This document shows positions 8,158-15,895 of a stretch of DNA of 32,000 nucleotides, piece after piece. The stretch lies in NCBI RefSeq assembly GCF_009734345.1, contig NZ_CP032551.1:1620001-1652000 (forward strand), given 5' to 3'. The notes under the pieces are model-generated. The model did no database searches, was not told the origin of the DNA, and worked only from the letters and a program-made list of their open reading frames with translations. The position numbers were made by a program, and so were the translations under genes. The stretch comes from Pseudidiomarina andamanensis (GTDB taxonomy: Bacteria; Pseudomonadota; Gammaproteobacteria; Enterobacterales; Alteromonadaceae). Each line of letters begins with the position of its first letter. The stretch's first letter is position 1.

Positions 8158-10213
8158 TTATTTTTACCTCATCTATAGACGAGTAATCAAATCCAGTATC
8201 AGAAGCAGCTAAGTAACCTCGTTCCGTTAGCTTATTGTCTTTAATAGATGACGTGTGATAAACCAGCTTGTAGGACTTACCAATACGGCCTTCACAAGCC
8301 TGTTTCACATTGCCTGACCATTGCGAGTTAGAAACAAAAATAATAACTTGATCTGCTAGATTAGAAACACTTTGTGCAACTTTAAATCTATAGTCATCGT
8401 CCAAAGCCCCAAAAGGTGAGTCCATAACTAAAGGATATATGCCTCCTGTAAAAAAGTTTGTGTTCTTTTTATTAATCTGCTCTTTAGCTAATTCAATTAT
8501 GCTTGCAATAAATGATAGGCTGGTAACCTGCTTCTCGCCAGTCGATTGTTCTCTAGCTTCCTGTGTTGCCCCGTCTATATCTGTTTTAACTACCTTTAAA
8601 TGATAGTTTTCATCAATAATAGCTTCTACAGGCTTTCGCATAATTGCTTGGAACGTTCTGTTGACTCTTTGAGACAAGTCTAAACGTATGCGATCTGTTA
8701 AAAACTCATTAAGAGAATTTAATGCATTAGCAACGTTTTGTGCGGCAGTGTATCTTGCTGAAGTCAAAGTGTGTTTCTCTTTCTTGTCTTCCAGCTCTTC
8801 AAACTGCTCTTTTCTTTCCTTTAAACTTGCTTCAATAGTTTCGAGCTCAATATCGTGCCGAGCCAGTTCTTTTTCTAAATTAATCGCTTGTTTGTTTAAG
8901 TCATTAATATCATTTTCTAATTTCGCAATCTGGTCATCATCTTGACCCATTTCTCGAAGTTTTAAATTAATTTCTGTGATTTCATCTTGGATGCTTTCGA
9001 TCTTTAACAAGCGTTCATTATATCGATTTGTGAAAACTTCGTGTTTTTGTTTATAAGTATCATTATCGCTATCGAAATGACTAATCAAAGCTTGCAGCCG
9101 AGTAAAGACCTCCTCCGCATCATCGCTTCCAGCGTCTTTCAGAGCGTCTTGCAATGTATTTTCTTCAATAGAGTTAGGTCTTATAGGATTTCCGCACATA
9201 CAGTAACCTGACTCAATGAGGTCTTTGATAAATTGATCTCGAACCCTATACGGTAGGCGCCCGATCTTTCTATTTTCTTCAATTATTTGCTTGGAGTCAT
9301 TAATTACTTTTGAAGACAATATTGAGGCTCGATATGCGTCAATCGTGCTCGCGCGATCTGAGTTTATCTCGTCCATTTCCTTTTTAAGGTCACGAATGTT
9401 GCGGTTCAAAGCTTCTCGTTTATCAGCTAACGATTTTGCTTTTTCAATTTTTTTTAACTCGTTATTCTTCCCGTCGATGGATTCGCGAGTCGAAGCTAAA
9501 ATTTGTTTAGTTGACCGAATCGAATCCGAAATGCGTGTTTTCTCGTCTTCTTTAAGGTTTATTTCGTCATATATGTCTTGATGAAGCTCCGACTTAAAGT
9601 CCTTTCCTTCTTTTCGAATTTGACGTGCGGCTTTCTGGACATGTTTGTGAGCTCTTTCTATTAGCTCTAGGCCAGTTAAATATCGAATAGCTTGCTTTAT
9701 CTTGTCACCTTCATTCACATTTGCGATTTTTTCTATACGTTCACCATTGAAAAAGAAATATGGCTGAAGATTTCTTGGTATAAGCAACTCAATTGTGGAG
9801 CCTGGCATTTTTGAGCGCACCGTCTTCCCTGATTCGTCAGTAACATCGACAGAAAAATCAGATTCCTTTAACGAAACGGTACCGTCTGAACGCTTTAGAT
9901 ACTTGTTTTTTCTTGTTATATCGTATCGATTGCCAACATCAGAACACTTTATTTGTACCGAAGTAGTAATTAAATCTCCTGCATTTGCATTAGTAATGGC
10001 AGCTTCATTGAGAATGAAGTCATTTTCGGTGTCAAAGTCGGTTTGACCATAAAAACACCATTTAAAAGCGTTAAGCAGACTAGTTTTTCCTGCGCCGTTT
10101 GCTCCATGAATTACGGTTACGTTTTTGTCGTTGCTTGTTGCAAAGTCCAAAATTATTGGCTTCCAAAACTGCCGGAAGTTTTCAATCCGCATTGAATCAA
10201 TTTTCATTAACAA
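8150..10213 (-). CDS. DndD-like SMC/ABC (RecF/Rad50-type) ATPase with long coiled coil
   Basis: Track ORF is 687 aa from TTG 10213. The likely start is ATG 10207 (MKIDSMRIENF...), which overlaps the micro-ORF stop by 11 nt. Walker A HGANGAGKTS, a coiled-coil middle of about 350 aa, signature-like STGEKQVTSLSFIASI, and Walker B YPLVMDSPFGALDDD (compare DndD PLVVDTPLGRLD). A CMCG motif lies mid-coil. Confidence 0.9.
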   Translation of the reverse strand: MLMKIDSMRIENFRQFWKPIILDFATSNDKNVTVIHGANGAGKTSLLNAFKWCFYGQTDFDTENDFILNEAAITNANAGDLITTSVQIKCSDVGNRYDITRKNKYLKRSDGTVSLKESDFSVDVTDESGKTVRSKMPGSTIELLIPRNLQPYFFFNGERIEKIANVNEGDKIKQAIRYLTGLELIERAHKHVQKAARQIRKEGKDFKSELHQDIYDEINLKEDEKTRISDSIRSTKQILASTRESIDGKNNELKKIEKAKSLADKREALNRNIRDLKKEMDEINSDRASTIDAYRASILSSKVINDSKQIIEENRKIGRLPYRVRDQFIKDLIESGYCMCGNPIRPNSIEENTLQDALKDAGSDDAEEVFTRLQALISHFDSDNDTYKQKHEVFTNRYNERLLKIESIQDEITEINLKLREMGQDDDQIAKLENDINDLNKQAINLEKELARHDIELETIEASLKERKEQFEELEDKKEKHTLTSARYTAAQNVANALNSLNEFLTDRIRLDLSQRVNRTFQAIMRKPVEAIIDENYHLKVVKTDIDGATQEAREQSTGEKQVTSLSFIASIIELAKEQINKKNTNFFTGGIYPLVMDSPFGALDDDYRFKVAQSVSNLADQVIIFVSNSQWSGNVKQACEGRIGKSYKLVYHTSSIKDNKLTERGYLAASDTGFDYSSIDEVKINA

Positions 10214-10397
10214 TACCCCGGTTTATGCACGCGACTATTGTATTTACTATACTGTCATACTTGTTCTCATTCTTTTCTAATTCAGCATCAGCTAAACTTT
10301 GCTTTTCTAGTGCAAGAACTTCACGAAAAATTCTTTGTTCTGCTGGGGTAAGACTTTGAATAATTTCATCAACGCTATTCATCAAAATGTACTCCAT
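10197..10397 (-). CDS. micro-ORF (61-66 aa), acidic helical protein, translationally coupled between the helicase and the ATPase
   Basis: It exactly fills the only gap in an otherwise overlapping operon. Start is ATG 10397 (23-nt overlap with the helicase) or ATG 10382 (ATGAATAG overlap). Its stop TGA 10199..10197 lies inside the ATPase start region. No motif recognised. Confidence 0.55.
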   Translation of the reverse strand: MEYILMNSVDEIIQSLTPAEQRIFREVLALEKQSLADAELEKNENKYDSIVNTIVACINRGIVNEN

Positions 10398-12420
10398 GTC
10401 GTTTGGCTAGGTCCAATAGCATGTCTTCATTATCCTTAGCATTTATAGCTAATGAGTTGTACTCCAGCCCTCTAAAAACCTCACGAGAAACTAGTTCAGG
10501 GCTAATTGCTGCATGTTTAGGCGGAATAACAATAAAGTCAAATATTGCAGCTTGTGTCTTTCCTTGTGCTTTTCGAAGTACACGCCCCCGACGCTGTATA
10601 AACTCTCTGGGATTCGTGGTTGACGAGAGAATAAAAGCATTTTGGGTGGCAGGTACATCTACCCCCTCGTCTAGACACTTTATCGCTGCTATAACTTCCA
10701 GTTCACCGGAGGCGAATAAGCTCAGTATTTCTTGTCTATCTTCAAGTGACTCAGATGCTGTAAATTTACGAGCTTTCAGTCTAAGTTCCTTTCCAACTAA
10801 CTTTAAAACTTTGTCTATATGGCGCAACCCGTCACTGTCACGATGTGTTCCGCAATAAATTAACGTATGAGTTTTTGACTCCATACGCTGAATTTCTTGT
10901 GACAACAGGTCAAGTTTGCTTTCAACCATCGATATTAGTTCATTTCTCTGTCTTAATAATTTTTCATGCAGCTGAGTACGAGGTTGGCCTGGCCGTCTGT
11001 TTTTTTTCTGCTCCTCAATATCATCACTAAGCTCCTGATAGAGATAAAACTCCTGTTCCGTCATTTCACAGAGAAGCGGTGTGTAACTATAAGGAACCAA
11101 GAAACTTTTTTGAATTGCATCTGCCAATGAAAACTCATAAACACTTTTACCAAAGTAATTGAAAAGTGATTCGGTACCTTCATCGTCATTATGCCTTACA
11201 GGAGTCGCGCTTAACGCTAGTCGAAAATTCGCATTATCTGGCAACTTAGACGAGAAAGTCGGAGCCCCAAGATTATGCGCTTCGTCTGCGATAATTAGAA
11301 AATCTCCAGTAATCGGTTTGATCAAAGCCTGAAAGTAATCCGAAATAAAAGTACTGTTCGTAACCATAGCCATGACAATACCTTCGCGCTTGGCTGAAGT
11401 AGTAACTAAAGCATCAGCAAGCTTACTACGCCATGCGTCTGAACTTTCATAACATTTTATTGGAGAGTATCCGAAGTTACTTGCTTCATCAAACCATTGA
11501 TCTAAAAGGTGCTTCAGCGGAAGGATAAAGCACACAAATAACTTGCGCTTTGCCGGCAATGTGCGTTGTTTGATAAGCTTTTGAACTATCGATAATGCTG
11601 TAATAGTTTTACCTGAGCCGGTTGCCATTACCAAAAAGCCTTTACCGCTAGCTTGACCCCATGCTTCTATCGCTTCAATTTGATAGTCACGAAGTGTTAT
11701 ATGAGATGCGGTTTGGGTTATTTCACTCTGCAGTTTTTCCAAGCTACTAGCTTTCTCCGAAATTTGTGATATCAGGTTCAAAGAGGGTGTGAGGACTTTG
11801 TAACTTGGATCTATATTCTTCCATAAGTTTTCAAAACGTTCACAATTGATATTGATTCGACGTTTTTCAGTTGAAACCCAGCTCTTGAAAACATCGATGT
11901 GCTCCCAGTTAGACTTGGCGTTACCAGTTAAGTTGTAAGAGCCTGTGAATGCAATTCTGTTCTCAAAAAAATCTGTTGCATTCCCTATCTTCGCATGGAA
12001 CATTCCGGAGGATGTAATCTTAGGTAACGCTATTTTGAACTCTAAAACTCCATATCTGATCAATGTGGCGAGGCGTGTTTGTAGTGGTTTATCTAACTCT
12101 AAAAACTCGCTTATAATCCGATCGTCTAGTAATTTCTTTGTAACGCCACTGTCTTCTTCAGCTTTCACGGTGCTTATGACTTCAGCATCTTCTTTTTGAA
12201 GTTGTGGTGAAATTACCCATCTGCTCTTACCGTTATTTGATGCGAACATTAAAATTGCTTCGCATACATCTCGTAACCAAGCGGATGAAAAATATCCTAC
12301 AGCAACATCAAATGTTTTAGCATTCGAAAGTAAAGGAACAAACAACTCTTCGTTTGGATCTGAATACCCAGACGATAAAGTCTCAGGAAGATCAATTTCA
12401 GAAAATTGTTTAGAAGTCAC
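10375..12420 (-). CDS. PLD(HKD)-family nuclease domain fused to an SF2 DEAH-box (type III Res-like) helicase; candidate PT-dependent restriction enzyme
   Basis: 681 aa with a GTG start at 12420. N-terminal HKD-like motif GMFHAKIGNATD...GSYNLTGNA (His codon at 11997..11995). Helicase motifs DYQIEAIEAW, MATGSGKT (I), IIADEAHNLG (II), LALSATP (III), IKCLDEGVDVP (V) and FIQRRGRVLR (VI). Confidence 0.9.
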   Translation of the reverse strand: MTSKQFSEIDLPETLSSGYSDPNEELFVPLLSNAKTFDVAVGYFSSAWLRDVCEAILMFASNNGKSRWVISPQLQKEDAEVISTVKAEEDSGVTKKLLDDRIISEFLELDKPLQTRLATLIRYGVLEFKIALPKITSSGMFHAKIGNATDFFENRIAFTGSYNLTGNAKSNWEHIDVFKSWVSTEKRRININCERFENLWKNIDPSYKVLTPSLNLISQISEKASSLEKLQSEITQTASHITLRDYQIEAIEAWGQASGKGFLVMATGSGKTITALSIVQKLIKQRTLPAKRKLFVCFILPLKHLLDQWFDEASNFGYSPIKCYESSDAWRSKLADALVTTSAKREGIVMAMVTNSTFISDYFQALIKPITGDFLIIADEAHNLGAPTFSSKLPDNANFRLALSATPVRHNDDEGTESLFNYFGKSVYEFSLADAIQKSFLVPYSYTPLLCEMTEQEFYLYQELSDDIEEQKKNRRPGQPRTQLHEKLLRQRNELISMVESKLDLLSQEIQRMESKTHTLIYCGTHRDSDGLRHIDKVLKLVGKELRLKARKFTASESLEDRQEILSLFASGELEVIAAIKCLDEGVDVPATQNAFILSSTTNPREFIQRRGRVLRKAQGKTQAAIFDFIVIPPKHAAISPELVSREVFRGLEYNSLAINAKDNEDMLLDLAKRHGVHFDE

Positions 12421-13201
12421 TGAAGTCGTCCAATAATTTGTCTAATGAATCATCGACTTCGAACTCAATAATATCGCTATTTGTCAATCTACTTTTGGCC
12501 CCAGCAATAGCTATATTTTTATGCTTGGCGAGTGCTTTTAAATCTCTAACAACTTTTTTTGTCGGTATTTCTGCAGATCTGTAAAGTTCTCGTAGAATCT
12601 GTACTTCATTCTTTGCGATTTCGGCATCTGATATTGCAATATCTTTAGCAATAGTCACGATCTGCAACTTCGCCACGCTGTTGAGACTCTCTATTTCCTC
12701 AATTAAATCTTCAATGCTATAACGGCTAAAAAGCCAGTAGAGGGCCCTCATAAGAACGAAGTCTTTCTCTGAGCTGGTTAGAAAAGTCAAACCTCGGATT
12801 GAATCTCGAACTTGCTGAAGCTCCTGATATTTTATAGAGCCATCTATCTTAGCCATCATCGCAGAAACTTTTGCGATGAGGAGCGCATATCGCATGTTCG
12901 AGGATGTTTTATCTACAGCGGGTTGCTTGTGAAAAATGACTACAGGCTCATGAAGAAGTTCGCGACTGAGGTTGGCGACAGTAATTCCGGAGCTCGTTTT
13001 TACTAACTTAGGAAGAATATCTAACTGTTCCTCAATTAAAGTTTCATATATCAACTCCAAGGAAATTTGACGAGTTACATCAAGTTTAGAAAATTCTTCT
13101 ATATTTGCGATCGTGCCTAGGAAGTATCCTTCGGTATCTATATTACGCCGAACCTTGTCCAAGTTGTAGACTTCTTCATAACCAATAACATTAGTGTTCA
13201 T
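12410..13201 (-). CDS. TerB-like domain protein, first gene of the operon
   Basis: 263 aa. Its stop TAA 12412..12410 overlaps the helicase GTG start by 11 nt. The C-terminal half shows the paired TerB-type helices LLIAKVSAMMAKIDGSIKYQELQQVRDSI and VTIAKDIAISDAEIAKNEVQILRELY, followed by an acidic tail DDSLDKLLDDFSDF. The domain call is by pattern only. Confidence 0.7.
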   Translation of the reverse strand: MNTNVIGYEEVYNLDKVRRNIDTEGYFLGTIANIEEFSKLDVTRQISLELIYETLIEEQLDILPKLVKTSSGITVANLSRELLHEPVVIFHKQPAVDKTSSNMRYALLIAKVSAMMAKIDGSIKYQELQQVRDSIRGLTFLTSSEKDFVLMRALYWLFSRYSIEDLIEEIESLNSVAKLQIVTIAKDIAISDAEIAKNEVQILRELYRSAEIPTKKVVRDLKALAKHKNIAIAGAKSRLTNSDIIEFEVDDSLDKLLDDFSDF

Positions 13202-13394
13202 TCCGTTGCCCCACTTATTAAATGATAGTTTTGAAACAAGCTTTATTTTTGATGATATGAAATTAACTCATTTATAACTGAGAGACAATACGAATAACTA
13301 CTGTTAAAAATCGGGGGACTAGACTAGTAATTAAGATTTATTCAATTACTTTTCGATTAGTTAGGCTAGTTAACAAAGTAAGTTCAACTGCATT

Positions 13395-13429
13395 GAAACG
13401 AAAACGCCCTCATCGATGAAGACGTTTTA
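13395..13429 (-). terminator. rho-independent terminator of yicC
   Basis: The minus strand reads AAAACGTCTTCATCGATGAGGGCGTTTTCGTTTC. The stem is CGTCTTCA/TGAGGGCG (two G-U pairs) around a TCGA loop, followed by TTTTCGTTTC, about 25 nt after the yicC stop. Confidence 0.55.
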
Positions 13430-13452
13430 GGAATCAAAATAAATGAAATTAG

Positions 13453-14316
13453 CTACTCGATGTTCTGGATCTGCTCACGCATCTGCTCAATCAACACCTT
13501 CAACTCCACAGCAGAAGCAGTAATGTCAGCGTTAATCGATTTCGAGCCCAAGGTGTTCGCTTCACGGTTGAATTCTTGCATCATGAAGTCTAAACGACGG
13601 CCACAGGCGCCGCCTTTACGCAGAATTTTGCGGGTTTCAACAACGTGCGCGTTCAGGCGGTCGAGCTCTTCGGCTACGTCTACTTTTTGCGCCAGCATCA
13701 CCATTTCCGCTTCAAGGCGCGTTGGGTCGAGTTCCACACGAGCTTCTTCAAAGCGCGCAAGCAATTTCTCACGCTGCCATTGCAGTACTTCTGGCATGCG
13801 GCCGCGCACAAAGCTGACTTGCTCTGAAATGCCTTCAAGGCGCTCTTCAATCATGCGCTCGAGTGCCTTGCCTTCGCTAGCACGGTTTTCAATAAATTCA
13901 GCAATGCAGGCTTCAAAAGCGCCAAGTACGTCGGCTTGAATCACATCCATATCGTCTTCTTGCTGCGCCACAACACCAGGCCAACGCAATACGTCTAACG
14001 GGTTCAGCTGTGCACTTGAGCTTTGGTTGGCTACCCAATTCGCCGATGAAATGACGCTACGAGCGAGGTCTTCGTTCAGACTTAAACCGCCTTCGGCTTT
14101 TTGCTCAATGTGCAAACGCAGGTTGCATTCTACTTTGCCGCGCTGCAGTTGCTTGCGTAAGCGGTCGCGTAAGCCATTTTCGAGTGAACGAATTTGCTCG
14201 GGTAGGCGAAAGTAGGTTTCTAAGAAGCGTTGGTTTACCGAGCGCATTTCCCACGTGGCTGTGCCCCACTCGGCTTTCAGTTCATGGCGCGCGTAGCCGG
14301 TCATTGATTGAATCAT
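13453..14316 (-). CDS. yicC: YicC-family stress-induced protein
   Basis: 287 aa. MIQSMTGYARHELKAEWGTATWEMRSVNQRFLETYFRLPEQ is near-identical in pattern to E. coli YicC. The gene is divergent from rph, as in enterobacteria. Confidence 0.93.
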   Translation of the reverse strand: MIQSMTGYARHELKAEWGTATWEMRSVNQRFLETYFRLPEQIRSLENGLRDRLRKQLQRGKVECNLRLHIEQKAEGGLSLNEDLARSVISSANWVANQSSSAQLNPLDVLRWPGVVAQQEDDMDVIQADVLGAFEACIAEFIENRASEGKALERMIEERLEGISEQVSFVRGRMPEVLQWQREKLLARFEEARVELDPTRLEAEMVMLAQKVDVAEELDRLNAHVVETRKILRKGGACGRRLDFMMQEFNREANTLGSKSINADITASAVELKVLIEQMREQIQNIE

Positions 14317-14423
14317 TGCTATTCCTTGTAAGCTTTATCTGCCGTTAGTTTATCACCTATCTCAATCTCGTACAGCAGGGCAATAAAACCGGTTAATCTT
14401 GCAACGGAATTTCACATCCATAT

Positions 14424-14432
14424 CTGATATAA
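14424..14432 (+). promoter_or_regulatory. candidate extended -10 promoter (TGATATAAT) for rph-pyrE
   Basis: TG-N-TATAAT at 14424-14432, 38 nt upstream of the rph ATG. No good -35 element. SD GGAG at 14460-14463. Confidence 0.35.
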
Positions 14433-14469
14433 TCGCCAGCCATAATTTTGCACAAAACAGGAGCCAACC

Positions 14470-15183
14470 ATGCGTCCAAGTGGTCGTACTGCCCAACAGA
14501 TCCGCCCGGTGACTATTACCCGGAATTTTACGCGTCATGCCGAAGGTTCGGTGCTCATTGAGTTTGGTGATACCAAGGTGTTGTGTACAGCCAGTGTGGA
14601 TAAAAGCGTACCGCGCTTTTTGAAGGGCAAGGGCCAAGGTTGGGTCACGGCGGAATACGGCATGTTGCCGCGTTCAACGCACTCGCGCATGGATCGCGAA
14701 GCTGCGCGTGGTAAGCAAGGTGGCCGCACAGTTGAAATTCAGCGCTTAATTGGCCGTTCATTGCGTGCTTGCGTGGATATGGCAGCGCTAGGTGAGAACA
14801 CCATCACTATCGATTGCGACGTGTTGCAGGCCGATGGCGGTACGCGTACCGCATCAATTACTGGTGCCTGTGTGGCGTTGGTGGATGCGCTGAACTGGAT
14901 GCGCAAAGAAGGCATCGTCAAAACGAATCCGTTGAAAGGTCTGGTGGCTGCGGTATCGGTGGGTATGTATGAAGGCCATGCGGTGGCGGATTTGGATTAC
15001 CCAGAAGATTCCAAAGCGGAAACTGATATGAACGTGGTGATGACTGAAGCGGGCAAGTTCATTGAAATTCAGGGTACCGCTGAGGGCGAACCGTTCTCCA
15101 GCGAAGACATGAATGCGATGCTGGATTTAGCGAAGCATGCCATTCGTGAATTGATGGATTTGCAGAAACAGGCATTGGCGTAA
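14470..15183 (+). CDS. rph: ribonuclease PH
   Basis: 237 aa. [43 protein letters not shown] matches the RNase PH signature. GGAG SD 6 nt upstream. Confidence 0.95.
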   Translation: MRPSGRTAQQIRPVTITRNFTRHAEGSVLIEFGDTKVLCTASVDKSVPRFLKGKGQGWVTAEYGMLPRSTHSRMDREAARGKQGGRTVEIQRLIGRSLRACVDMAALGENTITIDCDVLQADGGTRTASITGACVALVDALNWMRKEGIVKTNPLKGLVAAVSVGMYEGHAVADLDYPEDSKAETDMNVVMTEAGKFIEIQGTAEGEPFSSEDMNAMLDLAKHAIRELMDLQKQALA

Positions 15184-15234
15184 TCTTTCGCTTAACGAAT
15201 AACCAATAACGAGTAACCAACAACGGCTCTTTGT

Positions 15235-15876
15235 ATGAAACAATATCAAAAAGATTTTATCGAATTTGCCATTGAACGTGGCGTGTTGAAGTTTGGTGAG
15301 TTTACTTTGAAATCAGGCCGCACGAGCCCGTATTTCTTCAATGCGGGGTTGTTTAATCAGGGTTCTGATTTGGCGCGCCTTGGTCGGTTTTATGCGGCGG
15401 CGTTGCAAGACAGCGGCGTGGAGTTTGATGTGTTGTTTGGCCCAGCGTACAAGGGCATTCCAATTGCCACAGCGGCGGCGATTGCGCTGTTTGATACGTA
15501 TCAGAAAGATGTGCCGTATTGCTTTAACCGCAAAGAGAAGAAAGACCACGGCGAAGGCGGCAACTTGGTGGGTTCACCACTCAATGGTCGCGTGATGCTG
15601 GTGGACGATGTAATTACGGCGGGCACGGCTATTCGTGAATCGATGGAAATTGTGCAGGCCAACGGCGCTGAGTTAGCGGGTGTGTTGATTGCGCTTGATC
15701 GCCAAGAGAAAGGCAAAGGCGAGCTAAGCGCTATTCAGGAAGTTGAGCGCGATTACAATGCGCAAGTGATCAGCATTGTGCAGCTGAATGATGTGATTGA
15801 GTATTTGAAAGACTCGCCCGATTTAGCGCAGTACCTAGATAAAGTCACTGCGTATCGGGCGGCGTATGGGGTGTAG
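15235..15876 (+). CDS. pyrE: orotate phosphoribosyltransferase
   Basis: 213 aa. [40 protein letters not shown] and the PRPP-binding loop [17 protein letters not shown]. Conserved rph-pyrE order. Confidence 0.95.
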   Translation: MKQYQKDFIEFAIERGVLKFGEFTLKSGRTSPYFFNAGLFNQGSDLARLGRFYAAALQDSGVEFDVLFGPAYKGIPIATAAAIALFDTYQKDVPYCFNRKEKKDHGEGGNLVGSPLNGRVMLVDDVITAGTAIRESMEIVQANGAELAGVLIALDRQEKGKGELSAIQEVERDYNAQVISIVQLNDVIEYLKDSPDLAQYLDKVTAYRAAYGV

Positions 15877-15895
15877 CCCGGCGTTGCACGCCGAG

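Larger units (their letters stand above)
2283..13394. other. AT-rich genomic (defence) island: dndBCDE plus a convergent 5-gene operon; no recombinase, transposase or tRNA seen
   Basis: Spot G+C counts on single 60-nt lines: 21/60 (3001-3060) and 22/60 (8161-8220) inside, versus 30/60 (1681-1740), 37/60 (14641-14700) and 30/60 (19201-19260) outside. The edges coincide with the LysR stop and the yicC terminator. Confidence 0.7.

Noticed and set aside
8688-12199. Numerous 60-150 aa + strand ORFs inside the minus-strand defence genes (for example 8688..8945, 9291..9581, 9795..10046, 10403..10858, 11945..12199)
   Set aside because: Their Ser/Phe/Leu-rich translations are typical of the antisense strand of Glu/Lys-rich AT-rich genes. 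They have no SD sequences and are fully embedded in strongly supported CDSs.
7702-13201. Interpreting the minus-strand operon as DndFGH, SspE/SspFGH, DISARM or BREX
   Set aside because: There is no DndH-like protein of about 1600 aa and no DndF/G-sized pair. There is no SspE-like DUF262/DUF1524 architecture. DISARM would need DUF1998 and a separate PLD gene, and BREX would need PglX/PglZ. None of these is present.
14362-14637. 91-aa minus-strand ORF overlapping the rph start and promoter
   Set aside because: It overlaps the strongly conserved rph N-terminus in antisense. Its sequence is not protein-like and it has no SD.
15184-15234. A possible pyrE attenuator in the rph-pyrE spacer, as known in E. 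coli
   Set aside because: The 51-nt spacer contains only the loose direct repeat CGAATAACCAA / CGAGTAACCAA. It has no GC-rich hairpin followed by a T-run, so no attenuator can be supported.
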